Positions 15,047 to 28,025 of a stretch of DNA of 64,000 nt are shown here, in pieces; position 1 is the first letter of the stretch; each line of letters starts with the position of its first letter. Made by a program: the position numbers and the translations under genes. This DNA comes from Octopus bimaculoides (lineage: Eukaryota). The stretch spans positions 67,248,023 through 67,312,022 of the forward strand of contig NC_068984.1 in assembly GCF_001194135.2 (NCBI RefSeq), in the 5' to 3' direction. The notes beneath the pieces were generated by a model. The model searched no databases. It was not told where the DNA came from and saw nothing but the letters and a program-made list of their open reading frames with translations.

Positions 15047-15196
15047 TTAATATTTTTAGAAGAGATTTCGCTCTATTTCCTCGGATACATCGTNNNNNNN
15101 NNNCCATCAGCCGAAATCTTTCGCAGGAAATGAAACAACAGGCAAGCCAAGACCAAGAGGCAGATTTATTTCTCAGTTGAGTCGCTCTCACTTTTC

Positions 15197-15776
15197 GGAT
15201 CTATTTTAAAACGGGGGCCACATTTTTCATTAATGTTTTACGTAGTATTTTTGGTACGGAAAGACTTTCAAACTTCGTATACTTATCTATTTTGTGTTAT
15301 AGAACAGAAAAATATTTTTGTATTCGAATTTATTTCATGTAAAAGATTGTCTTATTTCGATAATTTCAACCAATCACTGACAAGTATTCAGTTGTTTACA
15401 TTTACCCCTTTGGCTGATTAAGCGATGTAAAGCGTATTTAATCTCCATACCTTCGTTTTATTTGCTTTTTTCGTTTTAAATTTACTTTAAACCTAACCCT
15501 AACCCTAGGGTTAAGGTTAGGGTTAGGGTTAGGGTTAATTGTTTCAGAATCGTTTGTTTATGTAGTCGGCACTTAATGTATATGGGCTGAATGGACGTCA
15601 GTGATTGGTTGAAATTAGAGAAATACGACAACTTTCACATGGAATAACTTATGGATTTCTTTTTTTTTAAAGAAGACTAAGAGAAAAAAATGTTTTATAT
15701 GACACATTCTACCAGTGTTCCAAGTTTCAAAGTGTTTCGTTAATTAAAAATGTGGCCCCCGTTTTAAAAAAGATCC
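15197..15776. mobile_element. Non-autonomous foldback MITE with 30-bp TIRs and 8-bp TSD CACTTTTC (Merlin-like termini)
   Basis: Left TIR GGATCTATTTTAAAACGGGGGCCACATTTT versus right TIR reverse complement GGATCTTTTTTAAAACGGGGGCCACATTTT (1 mismatch). CACTTTTC at both 15189-15196 and 15777-15784. Internal inverted repeat 15361-15391/15587-15617. Confidence 0.85.
15489..15538. repeat. Head-to-head telomere-type repeats, (CCCTAA)n then (TTAGGG)n
   Basis: aacctaaccctaaccctagggttaaggttagggttagggttagggttaa; the inversion centre is CCCTAGGG at 15503-15510. Confidence 0.9.
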
Positions 15777-17187
15777 CACTTTTCTTCTGCCACCGTTAAT
15801 CTTTTTTCACTTTTATATTTCGGAAGTTTGGTTCTGTCCTAATAAGTTCTTATACATTATAACATAGCAGTATTTACTTAATAACCGTACTATTTAGACT
15901 ATCTTAGAAGTTCGCTTCGTAAGTACATGTTTCGAAGTTCGATCTCACTGCACGGTAGTTAGTGCAAGTATCTTCCACCACTGTGCTTTGGAGTTGACGA
16001 ATGCCATGCAGCCAATAATTTGGTAGGCGAAATCAGTGGAAGTTCTGTCGAACATGTATACTTATATTTATCATTGTTTACTGGTGTATCGAGTTTCTTG
16101 ACTCAATGCCAAAGAGAGATACCTTAGCCATTCAATCAAAAACAGTCGATGAAATAATAATTATCAGGCTTAAGAAATGGAGTCGATATGATTGCTCCAC
16201 CCTCAAATGGACTAAAGGTGCTGCTCCAACAAGGCCGTAGTCCAATGATTAAAACCAGTAAATAATGCAAACGTGAAAGCAGTGCAATCATTTTATCTCT
16301 GAAAAGTACACATTTTAACATAATGGAGAAAAATCTCGGAAGAAGCATTCTCATTCTTTTTGCTTTCTATCAAGATATTAGATATTGAGGAAGTAGTGGT
16401 TTAGCAGTATCACACCAAACAGAATATCTATTTTTCAAGTCTATCGCTAGTTTACAGAAAGAAAAGGTTACGCTTGCATTTTTCCAAGGCTAACTTCATC
16501 TAATCCGCATATATGCGCTATTGGTTTATTGATCATAGATCAGGAGACAAATATATTTTTCATCGCAGAAGAGACCAAACCGCTGGACAGAGAACTACCA
16601 CACTAAAGAATCGCATGGCTACCATCCTTTCCAATATTAAAAGCAATCATGTAGATACTTTTCCTTAGTGAACAATTGCATTCGATTCCGAGTGATAGGC
16701 AATTAATATACTGCAGATCTGTATAATACCGTGGCTAATCCAATGAAGATAAAATTCTGATCTCTGCATGAAGCTCATTTATATTTCATTTGCAATTAGA
16801 ATACATGGAGTGCGTAAGCCTGAAATGTGACTCTGTGTGTGTACGTGTGTAAATATGTGTATGTATGTGTTTGCATGTGCGGCATGTGAATATATATATA
16901 TAAGGAGAGATAGATAACTAGATTCAAACACATACATATATGTAATTATGTATATATATGTATGTTTTATATCCCACGACATATCAGTGTTTATCTAAAG
17001 ACTATTATCCATACGTATTTACATTTCGATATGTATATTTTTATCTATCTTTAACCGTTTTACTTTTCTTCTCTCCTCGCTCAACCTTTAACGTTTATTT
17101 CTCCCACCCCTTTTCGCTAACTTTCCTGTTTTGTATGCGAGCATGAGTATGTCCACATATATATAATTATATATACATCCATATAGC

Positions 17188-17335
<148 letters not shown>

Positions 17336-17781
17336 ACAGCATTTATATATATATACACACCCACATAAATACAGCACACACACACACACGCACACACACA
17401 TACGTACACACGCACGCATTTATATATTTCCGATCCCAGTGCTTGGATTTGATCATCTATATACCATTGATGAGGAAATCGGCTGCTAAATGTGCTCTAG
17501 ACGTCTGTCACCGACAAGCCCGAGGATTGGTGAAATCATGTGATCTGTTATTTCTGCTGATCGTAGCGGACGACTTTCGCCCGTCACCGTTATAAACACG
17601 AGTGCTTTTAAGCACCGTGAGTCCTTATGAAGGTCTTTTCGTAATATAACAATATTCTACGTGTATGCATGCCTGTATGTATTTATTTCATTATTGCATA
17701 CAAACACACGCATACGCATATTGTATGTATTTAGAGTGTTCGTGCTAAATTTGACGATTTTTATGTCTCTTTTTTTTTCAG

Positions 17782-17836
17782 GAATAGCTTGATGTTTGGT
17801 GAACGGTCAATGGCGTTGGAGAGTGTAAAGATTAAA
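17782..17836 (+). CDS. Candidate coding exon (NSLMFGERSMALESVKIK)
   Basis: Strong acceptor gtctctttttttttcag, donor AAA|gtatga, open frame phase 2 to 0. Confidence 0.35.
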
Positions 17837-18074
17837 GTATGAATAGAGAAAAGGCTAGTTGACATGAATTGCAAACCATCTGAATGTTACAAAATTTTTT
17901 TTTGTATCATAATAATTCGCCCCGAGTGTCAAAATGTCGATATGGTGATTCCTTCTCAGTAATCTGTGAACTCTGTAAAGGTTGTACGACACGACGTGGC
18001 CAGCTGAAAAGGGCACAACAGGCGTTCTGACTGCGTCTGCACGCCGAATTTCATTCAAAAACTGATGTATAGGG

Positions 18075-18450
18075 CCTCAGGATCAAACCTGACGGCTATG
18101 TAAAGCTGCTGGAAACTGTGGCCAATCCATCGCTGGAGGGGTTGCAGCTGAATTACCAAATATGCGACAGCAAGATTCGTCTCCTTGCTATATCTCTGGA
18201 AAGAGTCGGAAGTTTTTGTCGGAGAATTACTACAACTTAACTAGCATCAGTTTCTGGCCCACAAATTTTCCTGATTGAAGTCCAATGGATTACTACGTGT
18301 GAAGCGCGGTTGAGTAAAACACCAACCGGTCTACTTTACAACACCAAGGCCGTGCTGGTGGTCAACATAAAGGAAGTATTCGAAGATCTTCTCTGGAACA
18401 CAATAAGAAACGCACATTGTAGGCTTCAGAAGCATTTTGAGGCCGTAGTG
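18075..18450 (+). mobile_element. Decayed Tc1/mariner transposase C-terminus, maT/DD37D-like
   Basis: Piecewise translation gives GLRIKPDGYVKLLETV, QQDSSPC, KFLSENYY, FWPTNFPD*SPMDYYV*SAVE*NTNRS. These match the QQDxAPxH and WPxNSPDxNPxDY motifs of Tc1/maT transposases. Stops and frameshifts are present. Confidence 0.8.
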
Positions 18451-19572
18451 TAAGATGACGCTCTTCTCAAAATCCTTTTGCAACTCAAATCGCTTCCCTT
18501 CCAGCGTGGTTTTTAGTTTAAGGATGAGCCATAAGTTACACGGTGCCATAACGGGAGAGGAGGGAATCTGTCAAACAAGTTGTGTATTGTTCGTGACCAG
18601 TAAAGCTTGCATTATGTGGGCGGAATGAGTGAGCGTATCAGCGTGGTGAAATTGGCAATTCTGTGCCACCCACATATCTGACAGCTTTCGATGCACAGCA
18701 TCAGGCAGGTCATGACATATAAACTCAAGACAGTATTCGTTATTGATTGTTTGGCCTTGTCGCCAAACACATCAACATTACCTTTACATTACTACAAGCC
18801 TATATGCATTTTGGGGCCTTGCTATATATGGATGCTTCCAATAGCAGCACTGGAATAGTTTTCCGGGTTTGAATCATAAGCTCATGTCTCATCACTAGTA
18901 ATGATGGTTTTCACAAAGTCTGGGTCGTAGTTTGCACAGTTCAGCATGTCCTGAGCGATTTCCATGCGATGTTGCTTCTGCTGCTCCACCAGCGCCTTGG
19001 GGACGAATTTCGTCAGCACTCACCGCATGCACAAATGCTCTATCAAAATGAGATGCAGTGATCCTTTGCTTATTCTCGCTTCATGAGCAATTTCCTGGAT
19101 TGTTTCACGGCGGCCTTCCATGACAATTCGCCAAACCTTCTCAATCGGCTCCTTGTTTCGGCTCGTGGATGACCTGTTTGAGCGTGTCTCGCTCTCCACT
19201 GAGGTGCAAACGTGTTTGAAGCAGTTGTAGCATTCCTTCATCTAAGTTTTGCTCATGGCATCATCGACAAAGGCCTGCTGAATCTTCTGGATAATTTGTG
19301 CCCGAGTATCATCAAGCTTTTGGATAAACTCGATGCAATAACTTTGCTCGGTGCGTTCGGTAATCTTGTGAGAACACAAAAATCAGACGAGCGCGCACTA
19401 CACGTCTATATTCTAGGTGTAATAGCCGGGAACTGACACGTTCTACCTGCACGAAAATTTTCAAACATGCGCAGGAAGAGTGGTGGCACCTTCTACCTTG
19501 GGAATTTTTCCCACGCAGCATTAAGTTTGACGGTAGAAAATAAAGTTGGATAGCTTTTGAAAGCACCACGTA
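18451..19572 (-). mobile_element. Decayed mariner element (5' TIR plus pseudogenised transposase, 3' truncated)
   Basis: Minus strand: EQSYCIEFIQKL, VESETRSNRSSTS, RETIQEIAHEARISKGSLHLIL (HTH), KFVPKAL, IITSDET*AYD, CQFHHAD, SPVMAPCNLWLILKLKTTLEGKRFE. TIR-like end TA|CGTGGTGCTTTCAAAAGCTATCCAACTTT at 19572. Confidence 0.9.
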
Positions 19573-20980
19573 TTCAACATTCCTGGCTATTTATGAAATA
19601 TATAACGCCCGTCTGAGCTATGTAAATCACGTTAGCGGGGAAAATCCTTTAGAAATTAGTATAATCTAACAACAAAGCATAAAATATTCGGCAAAATTTG
19701 GCGTTTTTGCTATTGCTTAGTTCCAGACCAGTCGTGTTCGAGTAAATCTATTATATGGAAGCTTTCTAGTTGTATTTATTATCCAGTCTTTTCTTTCTGT
19801 TATCAACTACAACTACTGCTATACAGGCGTCCTTCGTTTCCATGGCAGGAGGATGCAATATAAAGTAAATTTGACTATTATTTCTAGTTGGTCGAGTGAC
19901 CACACAGAGGCTTTCTCATTTGCTTGTTTAATAATTTGAAATACATGCCGCAACAAATCTTACATTTTTAGTCAAAATGATGAAAAGTGTTTATACTGCT
20001 CATTTGGACGGGCATATCATATACACACTGGGAAAATATTTGTGTATATACACACACACACACATAAAATAATACTTCTTTTCTAATATAGAAACAAGCA
20101 GAAATCAATACATAGGCGGTATATCCGTGAGTGTGTTAGCAGTATACACGTGTGTCTGAATACATATGCAAAGAGAAATTTCTACTGCTTCTACAAATGT
20201 ATATTTGTATGCGTGCGCTTCTGTTGCGGCGAAGACTGTTTGCCTGCAAATTTCTGATATTTGTTATGAAAAAGGAACTATCATGGATTTATAGTAATTT
20301 TTCTCCTGTCTTTGTAATTCAATATTTATTTGGACTCATGAATCGATTTGTTTTACGAGATTAATTCGATTAAACTTTTTCCCCAGTAATATTTTTAACC
20401 ATTTGATTTTATGTTTCGTATCAATAAGTATTCAGTGCCTGCAGTAGTTATCTGAAATTTTGTTTTAATAATCCGAAGTAAAGAAAAAATATTATGTCAT
20501 TTAATTATACATCTAATATGGAGAAAACCCGTCTTTGAAAAAAAAAAACAAGATATAATTTTGAATTAAAGAAAACATTTTCTTGAGCAGAAATAAATTA
20601 CATAAATTGCACACACACAGACGCTTACACACAAACAATCTATAAATCAAATTCAATGGAAATAAGCTTAATCTTGGCTATTTTTGGTAATTTACGTGAG
20701 AGATGACGTCAGTACGACATACCAGAAGATCTTTTCTTTTCCTTTTGATTGTGTAATTCATTTTTCCCCCCTTCTAAGCGTGGAAGCATACTTGCATTGT
20801 ATTGTATTTTTTCCAGGCCCTCTACATATTTTACTTCCGAATTGATCATGATATGGGTATAAGCAACACACGTTTAAATCAATCAAGTAATGACCGGTAT
20901 TTTATTATTCACTATTAGTCGCTTGCTTGTTACGATATAAATTATAAATGAGCCTATTTTAACCAATATTAGTAATTCTG

Positions 20981-21193
20981 AAAGCGACGAGCTAGCAGAA
21001 TCGTCAGCGCGCCGGGGCAAATGTTTAGCTGTATTTCGTCCGTCTTTATGTTCTGAGTTCAAATTTCGTCGAGGTTGACTTTACCATTCATCCTTTCGGG
21101 TTTGATAAAATAAGCAGCAGCTAAGCATTGTGATCGATGTAATCGACGTCCCCCAGCACCGAAATTGATGACATTGTGCCAAAATTTGGAACC
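20981..21193 (+). mobile_element. SINE family B copy
   Basis: gcgacgagctagcagaatcgtcagcgcgccggg...gttctgagttcaaatttcgtcgaggttgactttaccattcatcctttcgggtttgataaaataag...ttgtgccaaaatttggaacc. Confidence 0.88.
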
Positions 21194-22194
21194 GATATCG
21201 GTAATTTTGGAAACAATCTACAAGGCAAACGGCATTTCCACGAGAAATATAAATAAAATTCATTAAAACAAATAACCAAGAAGCTTCTATTGCATCTCTT
21301 TGTCACCCCTAATGTATAAGTAGCTAAGGAGTTCTCATCCAATGATAGAGATAAGTAAAACCCGAACTTCACGGTGAAAATCATACAATTTTCGAAGCAA
21401 GTAGTAGACGTTCCAATTTCTTTTAGCGTGTACACATGAGCCAAAGCCTCATAGTGATATTCAGTATAAAGCAAAGCAATTTGTGATACGTTGTATTGGT
21501 TAGACATTATCTAGGAATTCGACTTTAACATTACGGTTGGGTTTACGGTTAGGTTTTACGGTTAACGTTAGGGTTCCGGTTTAGGATTAGAGATTCACGT
21601 TGCACTTAAAGTTATGATTTTGATTTAGGTCTTAGGGTCAATAAACGGGATAGTGACGGTTGAAAGCTATAGTTATAGTAAAGTTTATATGCATATGTGC
21701 ATGTGCAAGAGCCGAAATAATTAAAATTGGTTACTTTTTGATTTGAAAATATCTACTTTCGATCGTATAGTCAGAGATTCTTGCGTAATGAAAGATGTAC
21801 CTACTGAAGGTGCCCACCGCCATTACATTCCACTATGGATATTTACTGTTTTACCACGATACACATCCATCACATGATGTAACTACTTCTAATAACACAG
21901 ATGAATTATTCATAGTTTGTCATTGAGGTTTTACCTAAATATTGTAACTTGCACAGGGATGGCTCCGTAGTTAAGTAGGTCACATTGTTATCGGGTACAA
22001 ATCCACTGCATGTTATCTTGTGAAAATGCATTCTACCATACTGTAGCCTTTACTAAAGCCTTGTTAGTGAGATTTGGAAGCACAACTGTTGGACTGCACC
22101 TGCTGTTGTGACTTTAAAGTCAGCCCATTGTCAGCTTCTAACACTGCCATTTTGCACTTGAGTGCATTAACATAGAGAATAGGCTTTGCCTTAG

Positions 22195-22261
22195 AAAAAC
22201 ATGTGACTGTCAGTTTCTTTGGGATGTTAAAAAGCGTCAAGACAAAGCGATATAAAAAAAG
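22195..22261 (+). CDS. Candidate coding exon (KHVTVSFFGMLKSVKTKRYKK)
   Basis: Strong donor AAG|gtaagc, moderate acceptor ctttgccttag, open frame phase 1 to 2. Confidence 0.25.
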
Positions 22262-23477
22262 GTAAGCTTTGATTACATTACTTATTTTTATGGTTGCTTA
22301 TTAAAAATCTTATACATTATCATAGATTTGCATTCTAATTATTGAGAATGATATGTAGGTTTTGGTATGATAGTTACGGTATAAAACGTATACAAGTCCT
22401 CAAAGTTTACATTGGCGAGAGTTGAACGTAGAACACGAGATTACTTAAACTTATACTTACTATCGGTGACATTAACAATTCTTGAAGCAATCAATAAAGC
22501 CAACTACTTTTCTACGAGTAATTGCATTTGAAATTCGCTGAAATAACCAAGAAACATTCTTTTTCATTATAGCAAGTGTCAACGAGGCGGCGACGAAGCT
22601 GCTTTACGTTAACAAGAGTTGAAGGGCAATAACTCTTGCTCAAAGTTGCGTGAATTGTGTTTTATTATATCAATATTATTTTTTTCATGCTGAAGAAAAT
22701 ATTTGAAAAAATAAAAATGGAATTACAGAAATATCAGTCCTCGAAAATAATAGCAGTAAATAATTGAGTTATATCTCAGTTGCAAAGTTTTACGTATAAC
22801 ATTTTTTCATATTTTAAACATAGCATCTCAATCTGGATAATATTACGTCACAATGATAACATTGGCATTAAAAAAAAACTTTTTATGCATATCCTACAAA
22901 TAACTACTGACGTTAGAATAAGCTTATGACGTCACAATATTTAAAAACTACAGTAGAGTTATTTTATATGAATGGTGTGTTACATCACGGAGTCTTTGTT
23001 ATAGTTGGATTTTAAAAATACTGTAGGGTGTTCCATTCTGCATTCTAGCCATTTTGTCATACATCCACAATTTACCTACATGAACATCTACACGAGTATA
23101 TATACCCTGATACATGCAAACACACATATGAATAGTAAGTACCCAATTTGAGGAGATGATATGCGTACCCAGAGAATTCGGTGAACATACAGGTATATCG
23201 AAAATAGGGCATGGAAACGACTGAAAAAAATCAACGAAAGACACGGAAACATGAAAATACCTCTCATCGGCCACGGAAATCCAGACTATAAGTGCAGTTT
23301 CGGTGCATTTAAAGTCTGGAGATTTCTAATTCCATGGTACTACCCGTCTGATTGCACCATGGAAATATATATATGGGTAGATGTGCACATACACGTTTAC
23401 ATAACTACATAAATACACAAGGAAATACACAAACAGGTATTGACCTTTCGTTGGATACAGAAGATTATGATAGGAGT

Positions 23478-23908
23478 GGCGTAGGAGTGGCTGTGTGGTA
23501 AGTAGCTTGCTTACCAACCACATGGTTCCGGGTTCAGTCCCACTGCATGACATCTTGGGCAAGTGTCTTCTACTATAGCCGCGGGCCGACCAAAGCCTTG
23601 TGAGTGGATTTGGTAGACGGAAACTAAAAGAAGCCTGTCGTATGTATGTATATATATATATGTATGCGCGCGCGTGCATGCGTGTATGTTTGTCTCTGTT
23701 TGTCCCCCCCCCCTCCAACATCGCTTGACAACCGATGCTGGTGAGTTTACGTCCCCGTAACATGGCGGTTCGGCAAAATAGACTGATAGAATAAGTACTA
23801 GGCTTACAAAGCATAAGTGCTTGTGTCGGTTTGCTCGACTAAAAGCGGTGCTCCAGAGTGGCCATAGTCAAATGACTGAAACAAGTAAAAGAATAAAAGA
23901 ATAAAAGA
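23478..23908 (+). mobile_element. SINE family A, best full-length copy
   Basis: tRNA-like head (tggctgtgtggtaag A box; gggttcagtcccac B-box-like), internal (TA)/(TG) microsatellite at about 23640-23690, and a tail of aagtaaaagaataaaagaataaaag repeats. Confidence 0.9.
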
Positions 23909-24739
23909 GTATACTCATCAAGTAAGTAGCGTAAAAGAAGCGGAGATAAGGTTTTATAGTGGTAGGGAGGAAAACAACAAACAAACAAAAGAGCGTCTGT
24001 CCTCACCGAAATTCTCAAGCGAAAAGGCAAAACGGAAAAAAAGAAATTCTGATATTGAGTGTTACAGAAAGAGGGGAAAAAAGAAAATAAGAGTGGTGTA
24101 GTGATGAAACAGCAGATAAAGAACAGAATAAGAGAGGAGGGGAACATAGAGAGAGTGAGATAGGGAGTAACGAGGGTAAAAAAGTAAGTAGCATGGAATA
24201 CAAGATAGAAAAAATAAAATGTCGGTGAGAGCGAGAGAGAAAGAGATAGGAGGAAAGGGAGAGTGAGGGGAAAGGGTAAGAAAAAGAAAAAGAAAGAAAG
24301 GATGGAGGCGTGAAGACAAGAGAATACTTACAACGTGGTTGTAGGGCATCAATATATTTGTGTGTGTGCGCTCGCGAGTGTGTGAGAATACTTTGATTCG
24401 GCGTTGTGCGTGTGACTGTGTGTAAGTACGATACACGGGACGTTAATGTGTATGATTGGCAGGGTAGGGGTAGAGTGAGTACTACGTCTCGTCTACAACC
24501 GACAATGGAAATTTTTATCAAAACACCCTTTGTTTGTTTGCCAGAGAGCAGATTGTCTGAAGCTGATACCGTTTGACAGTTAGATGACCTCTAGCCTCGC
24601 TGACCTTGAATTATGACAGGAATATTAGTACTCTAGCTCGCAATCGATTAAGGGGGAAGCTGAAAGAATCGTTAGCACGGCCGGACAAAATGATCTTATC
24701 CAATGGAAAAGCGAATATCGATACAACTTGGCACCCTTG

Positions 24740-24880
24740 ACAATGCAACTCATTTCTATAGCTGAGTGCATTGGAGCATCGTAAAATAACATGATTTGCT
24801 CAAGAACACAACACAGCCCAGTCCGGGAATCGAACACAATACTTCGTGATTGGGAGCCTGACACTCTAAACACTGAGCTA
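24740..24880 (-). mobile_element. SINE family C-related 5' fragment
   Basis: Minus strand: tagctcagtgtttagagtgtcaggctcccaatcacgaag...tcgattcccggactggg...gttgtgttcttgagcaaatca. Confidence 0.65.
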
Positions 24881-26429
24881 GAGAAGAAGTAAAGCCAGTG
24901 TTGAGTTAATGGTTCTAACGTGTTGTCTGAAAGCTTTGTGTATGTAACTATAGCACTGTCTCAGATACGAGCGCAAATACCCCTAAGCTTTCTTGAAAGT
25001 CAGAAATGTGTTGTTTTTTGTGGCCGGAAAAACGCAAAAAGTAGAGAGAGAGAAAAAACAAAAAAACAACCACCATTTGAACATATTTTTGTTTCATCGC
25101 CTGTAATGGGATAGCAATCACGTGTTCTGTCGTCAGATTATAAATAATGTGTAGCTAACTGCTCCTCTTCATCCACCTGTTTAAGTTTGACGGTAAATAA
25201 GTGTCTATTCCAGTATCATAATTTCCTTCTTACTTGAGTACACACACGCAAACCCTGCATGATCTCTATCACTTTCTCTCTCTCTCTCTCACTCCCTCTC
25301 TCTCGCGGATCCTGTAGCTCTCTAAATTTCGATTTTATCTCTCAAATTAGTTTACAGCAATAGTGAACTGATTTTCATATACAATACGACATTCATTCTC
25401 ACTTAAGCGCTTAAAACTCCTCATCTAGTAATCATTTTCTACAGCCTCAAATATATAATTATCTACTTCACCGAATGAACACTTTAAACGTAGCGAAACG
25501 ATCATAGTATAAAAAAAAGTTTATATTAGATTGAAGGAAACACAAAATATACACGCCTAAGAGAATAATGGACTGAAAATCTTGTGGTTGAAGTAAGAGA
25601 AACTTAAATCATGTTCGCTAATGTTGTAAAGAAAATATAATGAATTATGTAAATCGTGATGTTCTCTGTCATATTTGTTTTACATCAAATACTGTATGTC
25701 AATTCCAGTAATGCTGGTGTGTTAAATTCTCTACCCTGAGTGGAACCAAGTTAATATGGGTAATTTTTTTTTATTCAAAATGATAAAAGCAGAGGACGTT
25801 GAAAACAATGTTCTTCTCACTTAACCAGGGAGAATCAAATTCGTTTCGTATGTTGAATATAAATTTGAAAGCATTGATTTCCGACAAGCAATAATGTAGG
25901 AATTTGGTGAAGTTCGTTGAAAGATTGTTTCGATTAATTTAACATCATCTTCCTTAGCTTTCAAGTAAACGTCTAGAATTGTATGTAGTTTGAATATTTT
26001 CGTGTATTAAACATAATTCGGAAAGTTTTATTTGCTTTTCGTTCATTTCCTGGCACTTTATCTGTTTGCTGTAACTTTCACTTTCAATATAGATAAACGA
26101 TAACAACTTCCTAAAGAAAAATAAAACAAATTGCAACATATTCGCAGATTTATTCGCATTTCAGTGTTGTTCAATGAAACCCAATTGACCTTTAACCTAA
26201 CTTTTAATAAACCCTAAATTAATGTTGTTTCAGAGTGATGTTATATCGGTTATCACTCTGATACAACACTGCGATTTGTTCACGTCTTACATAAACTTCT
26301 AACTTTCTTTAGGAAATAAGACATGGTTATGTTCCGATGAATATAACTGACGCAAATTGTCATGGGAAATTGAACAGTTACATATAACGTTTAAGAAACA
26401 GAAATTTGAGAATATATTTCAAATTTGAA

Positions 26430-26542
26430 AGTGCCAATTTAGTGACACACAGACACAGACACAGCACACACTCACTCACACATTCACTCACACACACATA
26501 CACATGTACACACACGTGCACACACATGTATACATGTGTGAG

Positions 26543-26615
<73 letters not shown>

Positions 26616-26625
26616 CTGTGTATGT
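26430..26625. repeat. Compound (CA)n then (TG)n microsatellite
   Basis: Direct reading of the sequence. Confidence 0.95.
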
Positions 26626-27528
26626 AGTCTGATTTTATTTGTTGTGTAATTATCATTATGTTAAACTAATGTATTCAAATTCGTGTCCTCATCTTGATTG
26701 ATTAAGTCTCAACGTACCGTTTATTGTACATCTAACATCTTTTGCTATCTGTCTTCTTCGGTAACTGTCTCGAAACGCCATGCTAGACAAGTAATCTGCT
26801 GGGCTATCGGGTGTGTGAAAGAGATGTCCTCAAATTACGTTGTAAAATTGAAGACACTTGAAAAACCAAAAGTGTCGAAAAATGGAAGCAAAATTTGAAA
26901 AGAAACCAAGGCCAAAGCAGTAATGATAGGTTGGTGATTACTTAAGTCAGAGATACGTGGTAAATGCATGCACAAACAACAATACATGCTAAGAACTTGG
27001 TCAAAACCATCCTGAAAGCCCCACACGGAAAAATCTCTCTTTGATATTTCTGCAAGAGGTATCAAAGACTGTTCTGTTAGCTCTACACAGTATCACTTAG
27101 ACATATCTTAATACTTGACTATTTAGTATGCTGTATAAGATTTTATTTTCATCTTCCGTAACTTAGATAATCCACATCATCCATAATGTCACAGGATCCA
27201 TAATGCCACAAAATTTTCTCAATCGGCATGCGTTTGAAAACTTAGAATACAATGTCAGATACTATGGAAGTTAGAACATAATTTATTGTTTAATTCTTTC
27301 CTATTTAAATTCGTATGTATTTGCAAAATATTCAACTATTTGTCAGAATGTTATGTATTATATTGTATGCTTATAGGCGGGTTTACAATTAATGTGGTTC
27401 TCTTTTGACCCTTCCTAACAAAAAGCCAACATTTTATTTGTCAATACTGTCCGCGTGATACAACATGGAATTTTCAACAAGGTTTGACATAATAAAACAA
27501 TCATAATTAACTTTATTTCAAGAAATAC

Positions 27529-27657
27529 GATTTAAAATTGATAATCTGGTTTTCAGATTTGCCCTTTTTCTTCTCTGACGATGTTGCCATATGAACTTCA
27601 AATATTCTTCCAGTGTTCTCGTTTCTTTTTATGTCTCTGCGTATTTCAATGAAATAT
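27529..27657 (-). CDS. Candidate exon of the competing minus-strand chain (YFIEIRRDIKRNENTGRIFEVHMATSSEKKKGKSENQIINFK)
   Basis: Acceptor tattttctgattccttag, donor gtattt. It is phase-compatible with a 17-nt micro-exon at 27741-27757 (acceptor ctttttactttttctcag, donor AAG|gtaagg) across an 83-nt intron. Confidence 0.25.
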
Positions 27658-28025
27658 CTAAGGAATCAGAAAATAGTTAGTTTTCCAACGACCTCACATA
27701 TGTCATCGCTCAAATTTAACCCTCTCGGAACCACCCTTACCTTTTTGTTACTGGAAACTGAGAAAAAGTAAAAAGAAAGAAAGTACTTGCCTGTATATAT
27801 CTCTCTGACACGGGATTATATTTTACTGTCTAAATATTTCTATAAGTCTGTATTCGTCCATTACTTATTACAACCTCATTGAATGAATAACAGCCATAGA
27901 TCAAGAGTTATCTTCTACGACTTATAAAAGCATTACTCATTTCTTGTAGTCACTTATTCCATTTTCAGAAGCTAAGAATAATAATATAATAGTTTTTTTC
28001 TTTCTTTTTTTCGAATCACGAAAAG

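Noticed and set aside
15489-15538. Possible ancestral telomere-telomere fusion site
   Set aside because: The array is only about 50 bp and lies inside a TIR/TSD-bounded transposon, which is a simpler explanation.
20700-22940. TGACGTCA (CRE) sites at about 9657, 20705 and 22928 as a promoter signature
   Set aside because: 8-mers without a CpG island or TSS evidence; not distinguishable from chance or repeat-derived motifs.
23478-23560. tRNA gene candidates (also near 39036, 34308 and 2600)
   Set aside because: The A/B boxes belong to SINE heads; no cloverleaf closes and each continues into a SINE body.
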